Shown: positions 25,946 to 33,521 of the stretch, piece after piece
How the letters are laid out: each line of letters opens with the position of its first letter
How positions within the stretch are numbered: the first letter of the stretch is position 1
From: a virus
Taxonomy: Duplodnaviria > Caudoviricetes
Direction: 5' to 3' (one strand)
IMG/VR virus record: IMGVR_UViG_3300033417_000026
Span: 1 to 41,517 of that record
DNA: 41,517 nt
The notes under the pieces: model-generated
Databases searched by the model: none
The model's input: only the letters and a program-made list of their open reading frames with translations
Told to the model about the DNA's origin: nothing
Translations under genes and position numbers: made by a program

Positions 25946-26673
25946 TATTTAAGTTTTAATACCCCCGGATAAGTTAAATTCTTTGGTTGCGCGTTTGGAT
26001 TTTCGGCCTTCCAGATTTCAAAAACGTGGTCAAACAGTTCCAGCTTTCTTTCCCGATCCTCGACTTCGATAAGTTGCCAACCGGCGCCCTGAATTGCTCC
26101 GCCCCTTCCCGGCCCGCGCGTCTTAGCGTTTAGATGCAAGATTCCAACATGAGGTATATTCATTCCCGTTTCGTTTCCATACATATTCGCGTATTTCGCT
26201 GCCTGAATATGATGACTCGGATAAATCCCATTCCCGGTTTTCCAATCGATCAGCCAAACCTCCCCTCCTATTCTGCAGATCAAATCTATTGTTCCACCGA
26301 CCCCGCCGGAAACAATCGATATTTCAACTGCGTCAATTTCTGCTACAAATTCTTTGAGAAATTCCACGCCCTTGTTAATCATTTTCCACTCGTCAAGTGA
26401 AAATTCAAATACCCCGTCAACCTCCCATCTTACCGCCCCGCCGGTCGCTATTTTTTCCAGCGCGGCGTGAACACGCGAACCCCTCTCTGCTGCACGTCTT
26501 AAAACCTCCTCTGAATTGTGTCCTAAATCTTTTAGCCATTGTTGGAAGCCGAATCCTTTCGGGTACACGTCCAAAACAGTCGTTACCGACGGGCTATAAA
26601 TTCCGTCCTTGAAATAATACCTTTCGTCGAGGCAGGTTATGACTTCTAAGTCCGTATCGTATAGTGTTTTCAT
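25945..26673 (-). CDS. PD-(D/E)XK (Cas4/RecB-like) exonuclease
   Basis: PSVTTVL, RGSRVH, GGTIDL, LIDWKTG, QAAKY. Confidence 0.9.
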   Translation of the reverse strand: MKTLYDTDLEVITCLDERYYFKDGIYSPSVTTVLDVYPKGFGFQQWLKDLGHNSEEVLRRAAERGSRVHAALEKIATGGAVRWEVDGVFEFSLDEWKMINKGVEFLKEFVAEIDAVEISIVSGGVGGTIDLICRIGGEVWLIDWKTGNGIYPSHHIQAAKYANMYGNETGMNIPHVGILHLNAKTRGPGRGGAIQGAGWQLIEVEDRERKLELFDHVFEIWKAENPNAQPKNLTYPGVLKLK

Positions 26674-26674
26674 G

Positions 26675-26998
26675 TTATTTTTTGTTTGTTAATTCAATGT
26701 ATTTTTTCGACATCTCGAACGAGATTTTAAGTTGTCGAAATTGTTCGGGCGTAAAAGACTCGAAAGTGCCCGCATCCGATATTTTCTGCCATTCCTCCAA
26801 TGTTTTTTTTTCGCAACCAAAACTAATCATGTCGCCGCAAATTAACGGAATATAGCCTGCTCGCAAAGGTGTTGTCCACCCGCCGCGCCAATCCCCGCCG
26901 TGCCAAATCACCCTACCGTCGCTTATTTCAACATTTTCATTTTCAACAGTTGCTTCCCGAAGCCAGTACGGGCACGCTTTTAATTCAGATCGTTTCAT
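26675..26998 (-). CDS. Hypothetical protein with short WxGG repeats
   Basis: WHGGDWRGGW followed by FGCEKKTLEEW. Confidence 0.65.
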   Translation of the reverse strand: MKRSELKACPYWLREATVENENVEISDGRVIWHGGDWRGGWTTPLRAGYIPLICGDMISFGCEKKTLEEWQKISDAGTFESFTPEQFRQLKISFEMSKKYIELTNKK

Positions 26999-27011
26999 TG
27001 TGTTTGGGTTT

Positions 27012-27902
27012 TTAATTATTTACAGGAGCTTCTTTTAGTAGTTCGATCAGCTTGTCTGCCTGTTTTTTCCATGCGGCTTCGGCGGCGTCCTCGGCGGCCC
27101 CGGCGGCGTCCGCGGCGTCCTCGGCGGCCCAGGCGGCCCAGGCGGCCCGTGCGGCGGCCTCTGCGGCCTCTGCGGCGGCGGCGGCGGCCCTGGCGGCCCT
27201 GGCGGCTTCGGCGGCGTCCTCGGCGGCCCCGGCGGCGTCCGCGGCGTCCTCGGCGGCCCAGGCGGCCCGTGCGGCGGCCTCTGCGGCCTCTGCGGCGGCG
27301 GCGGCGGCCCTGGCGGCCCTGGCGGCTTCGGCGGCGGCCCCGGCGGCGTCCGCGGCGTCCGCGGCGTCCTCGGCGGCCCAGGCGGCCCGTGCGGCGGCCT
27401 CTGCGGCCTCTGCGGCGGCGGCGGCGGCCCTGGCGGCCCTGGCGGCGTCCGCGGCGTCCTCGGCGGCCCATTCCTGATCTGTTACTTCCTCCCCGTTTAA
27501 TATTCGTTCGTACAAATCGATTACCGTTTCGATAGCCTTTTTACCGACTTCATCCGAATATTCCGATACCGATTCCAGCAGCCATATTGCATATTGCGGC
27601 CAAATCTTTTCCAAATCTGCCCCGACCGGGATCGCGTTTAAGAAACGTTCCGGCCACGACTTCGCCAGATCGACCGGTAACCCTTCGAAAATCGAATCTT
27701 CCAGGTACGCCAATCGAACTGGAATGCCCAGCTCTGTTTCGTATGCATCGTGTTTGGAAGAGTGAAGCGTGCAGCCAACTGCGCACTCTTTTCCGTCCTC
27801 CCAGTATCCAAATCCCTGTAAAATTTCGTCCGCTTCCCGGTGCGCCCGGACGCGGGCGAGGTACTTTTCTTTAATCGAAGAATCATTATGATACGCTTTC
27901 AT
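27012..27902 (-). CDS. Conserved phage protein with a long Ala-rich repeat insert
   Basis: Globular N-terminus (CAVGC, ELGIP...LEDSIFEGLP...WPERFL), AAx repeats, then C-terminal QADKLIELLKEAP. Confidence 0.85.
   Translation of the reverse strand: MKAYHNDSSIKEKYLARVRAHREADEILQGFGYWEDGKECAVGCTLHSSKHDAYETELGIPVRLAYLEDSIFEGLPVDLAKSWPERFLNAIPVGADLEKIWPQYAIWLLESVSEYSDEVGKKAIETVIDLYERILNGEEVTDQEWAAEDAADAARAARAAAAAAEAAEAAARAAWAAEDAADAADAAGAAAEAARAARAAAAAAEAAEAAARAAWAAEDAADAAGAAEDAAEAARAARAAAAAAEAAEAAARAAWAAWAAEDAADAAGAAEDAAEAAWKKQADKLIELLKEAPVNN
27073..27470. repeat. GC-rich nested tandem repeat (9-nt units in three ~120-nt blocks)
   Basis: 27241-27300 is identical to 27361-27420 and near-identical to 27121-27180. 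Confidence 0.95.
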
Positions 27903-27931
27903 TGTGTTTGTTTTAAGTGTTCAAAAGGGAA

Positions 27932-28075
27932 TTAGTACAGATACACGTCTGCCCGTAGAACTTCTCTTTTTAGAGCAATGCTTAACTTTTCAATAGCTTC
28001 TTGATAAGAGTGCGCATAGACGACAGTTGCTCCGTCATGCGTCATCGTTGCGAATTTTCTGATTCTTGTTTTCAT
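27932..28075 (-). CDS. Small early protein (47 aa)
   Basis: MKTRIRKFATMTHDG...; first ORF after the 28114-28145 promoter. Confidence 0.55.
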   Translation of the reverse strand: MKTRIRKFATMTHDGATVVYAHSYQEAIEKLSIALKREVLRADVYLY

Positions 28076-28113
28076 TGTGTTGTGGTTTAAGAGTTTCTAA
28101 AATTTGACCGGAA

Positions 28114-28145
28114 CAAAGATACAATGCCGTTTACCTTATTCCAAA
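28114..28145 (-). promoter_or_regulatory. Bacteroidota primary-sigma promoter (early operon)
   Basis: TTTG-N20-TATCTTTG. Confidence 0.8.
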
Positions 28146-28294
28146 CTTTTTCAGCTTTATTTTTACTCTTTAACTTTCCTTAACGCAGTATCTCCACTTT
28201 CTTAACATAGTTTAACGCCACTACGAGCGTTTTAAGATACCGCCATTGAACGCCAAATTTCAGACTAAGGATTCCCTTACCCAAAACAGATCGT

Positions 28295-28924
28295 TCAACC
28301 TTGCCCCGGTTCCGTGCGAACTGGAGGCATTCCCCGATCCGGCTGCTCATGCGTCCCGGTTCCACCGTTTTCGGCCTTCTTGATATTTTTCCGCAACCGG
28401 GCTAAATTCTGCTCTAATGACCCTCCTAAACGCGCCAACGGGGCCTGCCTGTCCGGCTCCCTGTACCCGTCGCCGACGGCCAAAACTGCCTTCCGATCCA
28501 GATGCGCGGCGTGCCGGGCCTGCTCTTTCAGCGTGTCGTATGCCGTCGCCATTTCTCTTAAACGTAACGGACTCAGGAAGTTACCGTAAATTTTGAACCC
28601 ATCCCGCGTTCCGATAAGGCGGAAAAAAAACAGCACGTCGCCCAAGCTCCAGCCCGGAAAGTCGATCTGCAAATCTTCCGAGAAGTTCAATGCCAGCCTG
28701 CTTTTCGCCTGTTCCGGGAAGTTGTCTAACACGAACAGTTGAGCGACCTTGCTCACAAGCCCGGCGGCGCCGGTGCTCCCGGCTAAGTTAGGAAGTTGCG
28801 CAGATAGCAGAACTTCAAAATTCAGTTCGCCGGCTACGCTTCTCAGCTCGTTTCGACTCCCAGAACGCGCTGCTTTCAGCAACCTGTCGCTCAAATTCAG
28901 CCTCATCGTAGTAGCCTGCTTCAT
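28295..28924 (-). CDS. Replication-associated hypothetical protein (possible helicase loader)
   Basis: Overlaps and follows the initiator. Function is positional inference only. Confidence 0.55.
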   Translation of the reverse strand: MKQATTMRLNLSDRLLKAARSGSRNELRSVAGELNFEVLLSAQLPNLAGSTGAAGLVSKVAQLFVLDNFPEQAKSRLALNFSEDLQIDFPGWSLGDVLFFFRLIGTRDGFKIYGNFLSPLRLREMATAYDTLKEQARHAAHLDRKAVLAVGDGYREPDRQAPLARLGGSLEQNLARLRKNIKKAENGGTGTHEQPDRGMPPVRTEPGQG

Positions 28925-29825
28925 TTTTTATCGAATTGATGATTTGGGAAAATTTAGAGTTGATCGTCGCAAGGTCGAAGGCGTTCTTTCTGTACCAGGC
29001 GGGCATCTTAGCCAGCAGCGCTTTCCAGGTCACGACGGTTTTGTCGTCGCTTCCGTTCAGCACCCTGATCTTGTCGCGTATCAGGTTCAGCGCCTTCGCG
29101 TCCTTCGCGCTCCAAACATACAATTCCCCGCAACTTTCGTCGTAAGCCGACATCCATTCCGCCTTCATCGCAGCGTGAAACGGGTTGGCGGGGGGGGTGC
29201 GCGGAACGGGGGGGTTCTTGGTTCGATCTTGTTTTTTAGTCTTCGCTCCCTTTCCCCATTCCCCACCAGGCTCGGCATCTTCGCCCTTGACATTCTCAAA
29301 ATCGGGGGATAAACCCGGATTTCGCGAATTTTGCGAAAACGGGAATATATTATCTTTCTTATTCAGTTTTCTTTCTTTCTTCGTCTTCGTCTTAGTATTA
29401 GTATCTTTAACAGTATTAGTATCTTCTTCTAGTATTCTAATAGGGCGACTTTGACCGACATCGGGTTTTGTTGAAGTCGGTGAATTGCGATCTCGGTTTA
29501 TTCCGATTTCGGGCTTTGCAAACGTAGCTTCGTCATAAACGATGTGATTCCAACCTACAAATCGGCCCCCAGAATCCACAGCCTTCACCGAAATTATGAA
29601 CCCCTTTTCCACCAAACCGGCGAAAATTCGGTTTATAGTTCCCCTTTTTTCGCCCACGTCCTCTGGTAGCTTTGTTTTGTACACCGCCCAGTTGTCCGGG
29701 AGCGACAAGAGATACGCCAGCAGGCCCTTTTCCGCGCACGTAAGCACTTTCGACCTAACCAATTCGTTCGGCAAAACCGTGAAACGACGCGTTGTTTTAG
29801 ATTTTACTATTTGTCCTGTGTTCAT
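28815..29825 (-). CDS. Replication initiator (N-terminal winged HTH, lambda O-like layout)
   Basis: RFTVLPNELVR...LTCAEKGLLAYLLSLPDNW...LVEKGFI, then a low-complexity repeat linker. Start 29825 (ATGA overlap) or 29834. Confidence 0.8.
   Translation of the reverse strand: MNTGQIVKSKTTRRFTVLPNELVRSKVLTCAEKGLLAYLLSLPDNWAVYKTKLPEDVGEKRGTINRIFAGLVEKGFIISVKAVDSGGRFVGWNHIVYDEATFAKPEIGINRDRNSPTSTKPDVGQSRPIRILEEDTNTVKDTNTKTKTKKERKLNKKDNIFPFSQNSRNPGLSPDFENVKGEDAEPGGEWGKGAKTKKQDRTKNPPVPRTPPANPFHAAMKAEWMSAYDESCGELYVWSAKDAKALNLIRDKIRVLNGSDDKTVVTWKALLAKMPAWYRKNAFDLATINSKFSQIINSIKNEAGYYDEAEFERQVAESSAFWESKRAEKRSRRTEF
29394..29512. repeat. Iteron-like repeats, putative replication origin
   Basis: AGTATTAGTATCTT at 29394 and 29412; TCGG at 29461, 29477, 29493 and 29509 (16-bp spacing); adjacent AT-rich tract. 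Confidence 0.55.
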
Positions 29826-30115
29826 GGGTAACATTTTTTAGTAGTTTTAATGATCCGTAATTCAGACCCGTCGGGCTTCTTTAGATAGCTACGCTGAATG
29901 TAGCGTTCGGCCTCCAGCGCGGCCAAGTTGCGATAAATTGACCGCTCGCTTTTGTTCATATCCTCGGCCATCCAAGCATTTGCGGGCCAACAGCGCCTTT
30001 TCTTTCCTGCCAGAAATACTATCCGGCCAAGTAAGACTTTCTGAAACGAGTTTAGCCGGGCATCTTTAATTGCCCGCCAGGGGATTAACCCCACGACTCT
30101 TTTGTGGTGTGTCAT
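29822..30115 (-). CDS. HTH protein (HTH_36-like, initiator-type)
   Basis: CWPANAWMAEDMNKSERSIYRNLAALEAERYI. Confidence 0.8.
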   Translation of the reverse strand: MTHHKRVVGLIPWRAIKDARLNSFQKVLLGRIVFLAGKKRRCWPANAWMAEDMNKSERSIYRNLAALEAERYIQRSYLKKPDGSELRIIKTTKKCYP

Positions 30116-30193
30116 ATTACGTTTTTGTGTTATTTAAGTTTTTAATATACCTTGCTCTTTAAGCCAGCAGGCCAATTTCCGCTAATGTAAGTT

Positions 30194-30415
30194 TCATAGT
30201 TTCATATTTTTGTTAATATTTAACTCCCTTTCCATCAAATCTTTGCGTTCAATTTCGAGCGATTCAAGCGCGGAGATAATGGCCCGCCTGGTATTAACTC
30301 TCACATTTTTTCCCTGGAAATAACTCCGCACCGCGACCATCGAAACCCCCGCCTTTTCGCAAAGAATCCCCAATGCCCCGTTCCCGAAATGTTTTACAAA
30401 CTCTTGCTGTGTCAT
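30194..30415 (-). CDS. Cro-like small HTH protein
   Basis: LCEKAGVSMVAVRSYFQG; first gene from the divergent promoter. Confidence 0.65.
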   Translation of the reverse strand: MTQQEFVKHFGNGALGILCEKAGVSMVAVRSYFQGKNVRVNTRRAIISALESLEIERKDLMERELNINKNMKL

Positions 30416-30445
30416 AACTTTAGTTTTAAGAATTTTTCTTTCCCG

Positions 30446-30481
30446 TTTGCAAAGATATAGATAATGTTTTACATTTGCAAC
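30446..30481. promoter_or_regulatory. Overlapping divergent Bacteroidota promoters
   Basis: Plus strand: TTTG(30446)-N20-TACATTTG(30470-30477). Minus strand: GTTG(30481)-N20-TATCTTTG(30457-30450). Confidence 0.75.
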
Positions 30482-30503
30482 GGCTAAACAAACGCCACAT
30501 ATT

Positions 30504-31307
30504 ATGAATAATTACGATTTGTTTCTTAAAAGTAAACATAAAACGCACGAACACAGCGGGTTTGAGATTAAAAACCTTAACTCAAGTCCGTATCCAAAGG
30601 ACGAGTCGCCGCGAAAGATATATAGCGGGGCCACTTTGTCCCCGACACAGACAAAGCAATGCGAATATTGCGGGGGTAACTTTTTGATCTACAAAACGGC
30701 CCAACTGAAAATTAGATTCTGCGGGAAATCTTGCTCGGCGAAATGGCGCATGAGGCAGCCGGAGCATTTGGCGAAAGTTCACAATAAGGAAGTTGCGGCG
30801 AAGCGAGGAAAAAGCATTGCGGAATGGTTAAAAACAGATGCGGGCAAAATACAAGTAGATCGCATAAGAAACTTAAAGCCGATGCTGAATCCAGAAACCA
30901 GAGCCAAAGTTTCGGCCACATTGAAAGAGATGGGTCACCAACCTTCGGTGCGTGGAGGGAATGGTCGAGGGATGACTCGGCCCCAGAAATTAATGAAGGG
31001 AGTGTTGGCTGGAAATTGGATACCAGAATATGCCATATCGTTGGGAAAGTTAAAAGCGGGATACCCCACGAACTACAAGGTAGATTTAGCGAACTTAGAT
31101 GCTCTAATATGTATAGAAGTTGATGGCAGTTCTCATCACAGTCGAAAAGACTTGGACAAAAAGAAGGACGCAAAATTGACTTCTTTGGGGTGGAAAGTTT
31201 TGAGGTTTTGGAACAAGGACATACTGAATTGGATTGATGCCGGTATGGGGCCGGAACACTCTATTTCTTCAACTTTGAAATTAAACGGCATACAAATTAT
31301 ACGATAA
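30504..31307 (+). CDS. DUF559/Vsr-like endonuclease with zinc ribbon and NUMOD3-like segments (homing endonuclease-like)
   Basis: CEYCG...FCGKSC, PETRAKVSATLK, YKVDLA...IEVDGSSH...KDAKLTSLGWKVLRFWN. Confidence 0.85.
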   Translation: MNNYDLFLKSKHKTHEHSGFEIKNLNSSPYPKDESPRKIYSGATLSPTQTKQCEYCGGNFLIYKTAQLKIRFCGKSCSAKWRMRQPEHLAKVHNKEVAAKRGKSIAEWLKTDAGKIQVDRIRNLKPMLNPETRAKVSATLKEMGHQPSVRGGNGRGMTRPQKLMKGVLAGNWIPEYAISLGKLKAGYPTNYKVDLANLDALICIEVDGSSHHSRKDLDKKKDAKLTSLGWKVLRFWNKDILNWIDAGMGPEHSISSTLKLNGIQIIR

Positions 31308-31368
31308 ACGCGGCATCGTCAGGGCGAAAAACCAAATGGGGTTTAATTTTTGAAACTATATTATAAAA

Positions 31369-31731
31369 ATGAGATTCAGCTTTCCTATAATAATGCACAA
31401 ACTTGGGGTTAGTAGAAACAGCCCTGTAATGAAATATTATTTATGGCAATGGCGAAGGCCAATGACCCTCATGCGGTGGGGTATTGGGATAACTGTCTGG
31501 AAATATTGCGCACTTTTGGTGCCGATAACGATAATTTGGTTAGGTAGATCGTGCAACATTGGGTACGACATATTTCACAACGGAGCTGGCCTTCAATTAC
31601 ACTTACCGCCATATTTTATGTTGCACTTTTGTTTATCTGGATATGTGCAGCACGACTACAAAGTAGGCAGGATGACTGTTTATTTTAGAGGAAGAACGTG
31701 GATATATTTCACCAGGGAATGGAAAAGATAA
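31369..31731 (+). CDS. Hypothetical protein
   Basis: ORF track; A-rich start context. Confidence 0.5.
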   Translation: MRFSFPIIMHKLGVSRNSPVMKYYLWQWRRPMTLMRWGIGITVWKYCALLVPITIIWLGRSCNIGYDIFHNGAGLQLHLPPYFMLHFCLSGYVQHDYKVGRMTVYFRGRTWIYFTREWKR

Positions 31732-31736
31732 AAATA

Positions 31737-31967
31737 ATGCCGAGCATAACTGATAATACCGGAAACCTACACAAGCCGTCTGTTATATCCAGGTTATTTT
31801 TTCATTACGGATGCATAAATGCGTTTGATATGCCTATTGCAAGAAAGCATAGACTAACTGGAAAGGTGGAGTATAGAAGATATAATACATCGTTCCAATA
31901 TTGGAGTTGGGAGGAAGTGAATGACAAGTATAAGACGGCGTTTGTCGCCACAAAATATTGGACATAA
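31737..31967 (+). CDS. Hypothetical protein
   Basis: Likely ATG 31737 (MPSITD). Confidence 0.5.
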   Translation: MPSITDNTGNLHKPSVISRLFFHYGCINAFDMPIARKHRLTGKVEYRRYNTSFQYWSWEEVNDKYKTAFVATKYWT

Positions 31968-31981
31968 CTAAAGAGAACTCC

Positions 31982-32269
31982 ATGAAAAACAAAATAAAAC
32001 CAATGAGAAAAGTACTTTACAAAAAATGGATTCCAGCAGAGTTTCCGCCACAGAGCAATGCATTTACCGGACAGTCAAGGACTCTCCCGCTTAAAGGAAC
32101 AAACTGTTTTGAGGAAGAATTTACAGGTGCCGGCACCTTCCTTGCATGGGGAATTGATTATCAGTTGGTTGATGGTGGCGTGGGAAATTATACGACGGCA
32201 TTAGTAGAACTGCCAAATGGGGAAGTTATAGAGATGCTGCCGAGCAATATTAAATTTGTTGAGTCTTAA
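31982..32269 (+). CDS. Conserved phage hypothetical protein
   Basis: GTFLAWGIDY...GNYTTALVELPNGEV...IKF, a common small phage protein pattern. Confidence 0.7.
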   Translation: MKNKIKPMRKVLYKKWIPAEFPPQSNAFTGQSRTLPLKGTNCFEEEFTGAGTFLAWGIDYQLVDGGVGNYTTALVELPNGEVIEMLPSNIKFVES

Positions 32270-32476
32270 ATGCCAAAACCAGCACCCATGAAATACATTG
32301 GACTAACCTTGTTAAGCATCGTTTGGTTATTATTGACCTTACTGCTTGTGGCTTCTATTATTGGAATATTCGTATTTTTAATTCAAGATCAACACGATGA
32401 ATCCTATTGGTTTTCGTATGGAAAAAGGATTCTTGAAGGATTCTTTTCGTAAACGCCAAAACCAGCAACCATGAAA
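32267..32476 (+). repeat. Pair of 27-bp direct repeats (32267-32293 and 32450-32476)
   Basis: TAAATGCCAAAACCAGCACCCATGAAA versus TAAACGCCAAAACCAGCAACCATGAAA, 25/27 identical. Confidence 0.9.
32288..32452 (+). CDS. Small membrane protein
   Basis: MKYIGLTLLSIVWLLL...; start taken from the repeat alignment. Confidence 0.6.
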   Translation: MKYIGLTLLSIVWLLLTLLLVASIIGIFVFLIQDQHDESYWFSYGKRILEGFFS

Positions 32477-32734
32477 CCAGCTAAAGAATTTTGGAAAGAC
32501 AAGTTTGGAGAATACCCCCAAACTGATTCGGAGAAACTTGCAGTAGCTATGATGGTGGAATATGCAACAGAGGCAGTTAACACCATTTCAGCGCGGCTTC
32601 AAGTCTTAAATGCCGAAAAAGTAAAAGGGGATATTTCGTTCTCTTGTACGTGTCCAAAATGTTGTGCATATGATTGGAGTTACCACGCAGGAATTGGAAA
32701 GATGAAGTGCGGGGATTGTGGGCATGAGGCATAA
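32471..32734 (+). CDS. Hypothetical protein with C-terminal zinc ribbon
   Basis: CPKC...CGDCG. Confidence 0.65.
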   Translation: MKPAKEFWKDKFGEYPQTDSEKLAVAMMVEYATEAVNTISARLQVLNAEKVKGDISFSCTCPKCCAYDWSYHAGIGKMKCGDCGHEA

Positions 32735-32770
32735 CTCGCTCATACGCGCCACCGGATAAACCGGAACATT

Positions 32771-33013
32771 ATGGGAAAGTATAACACATTGGAAACGGTT
32801 GCTTCTTTTAATCAATTTGTTAAGGACTTTAATAATTGGTTAAAAGAAGAACGTATAAAAGTATATACACGAGGCGGTTCAAAAACAGACGTTTGGGTGA
32901 TAACTCCATCTCGTTTATTTAATAAAGAAACGACGAAACTAAATAGGCAAATTTTACTAAGAGGTGTATGCCCGGATCAGGGAGGGGATGACCAGGCCCA
33001 AAACAAACGATAA
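32771..33013 (+). CDS. Hypothetical protein
   Basis: ORF track; 3' end overlaps the convergent spanin gene. Confidence 0.45.
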   Translation: MGKYNTLETVASFNQFVKDFNNWLKEERIKVYTRGGSKTDVWVITPSRLFNKETTKLNRQILLRGVCPDQGGDDQAQNKR

Positions 33014-33403
33014 CCCCACCAGCGGCCACGTCCACCAGGGCCTGTGTTTCACCACCTTTGTGTCCGTTGTGTAAATCTTCACCGCCGGAACTCGGTAAGT
33101 CGCGGGGTAAGACCGATCTGGAATTACGACCCGCGCCGAAGTATCGTTAACCTGCACGGTTCCTGTTCCGAAGTCGCCCCGGCCCCGGACAAGCTGGATC
33201 ACCGTGTCAATTCCGGGAAGCCTTACCGTGTCTGTATAATACACCCAATGCGTGTCCGATCGTTCGGTAAAACATTGCGGGCAAAGGAACCGCGCCCGTT
33301 GTGTGAGTTTCGATGCCTTCTTTTCGCGCCGTACGTCGGAGCTTCGCCACGTTGTGCAGCCCATTGCGGCCAAAATAAAAAGAATAGCAAGGTATTTCAG
33401 CAA
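32957..33403 (-). CDS. Lipoprotein with C-terminal TM helix, unimolecular spanin-like
   Basis: Lipobox LAAMG-C at residue 16, beta-rich middle, C-terminal WWTWPLVGLSFVLGLVIPSLI; follows the endolysin. Confidence 0.7.
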   Translation of the reverse strand: MLKYLAILFILAAMGCTTWRSSDVRREKKASKLTQRARFLCPQCFTERSDTHWVYYTDTVRLPGIDTVIQLVRGRGDFGTGTVQVNDTSARVVIPDRSYPATYRVPAVKIYTTDTKVVKHRPWWTWPLVGLSFVLGLVIPSLIRAYTS

Positions 33404-33442
33404 TTAGTAAAATTAGTAGAGAATTAGTAAAATCTGATTTAC

Positions 33443-33458
33443 CGTTCCACGTGAAACT
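33443..33458. promoter_or_regulatory. parS-like palindrome
   Basis: CGTTCCACGTGAAACT matches the inner 14 positions of the bacterial parS consensus TGTTNCACGTGAAACA. Intergenic, with a half-site TGTTCCACG at 33464-33472. Confidence 0.7.
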
Positions 33459-33521
33459 ATTTGTGTTCCACGAAAGTATAATAACGATTCCTTATTAAAC
33501 GAAAAGCCTGTTTCCGTTTAA

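Noticed and set aside
25945-26673. Cas4 as evidence of a CRISPR system
   Set aside because: Stand-alone PD-(D/E)XK exonuclease in a recombination cluster, without the Fe-S cysteine set, other cas genes or an array.
27073-27470. CRISPR array or diversity-generating retroelement repeat
   Set aside because: No unique spacers, no reverse transcriptase, and no adenine-specific mismatch pattern.
27016-27535. Arg-rich and Ala/Ser-rich ORFs in alternative frames (protamine-like)
   Set aside because: They are shadows of the GC-rich repeat, which lacks stop codons. Only the 27012..27902 frame has globular flanks and a proper start context.
28180-28365. 61-aa minus-strand ORF
   Set aside because: Overlaps the upstream gene by about 70 nt and has no recognisable features; cannot be supported.
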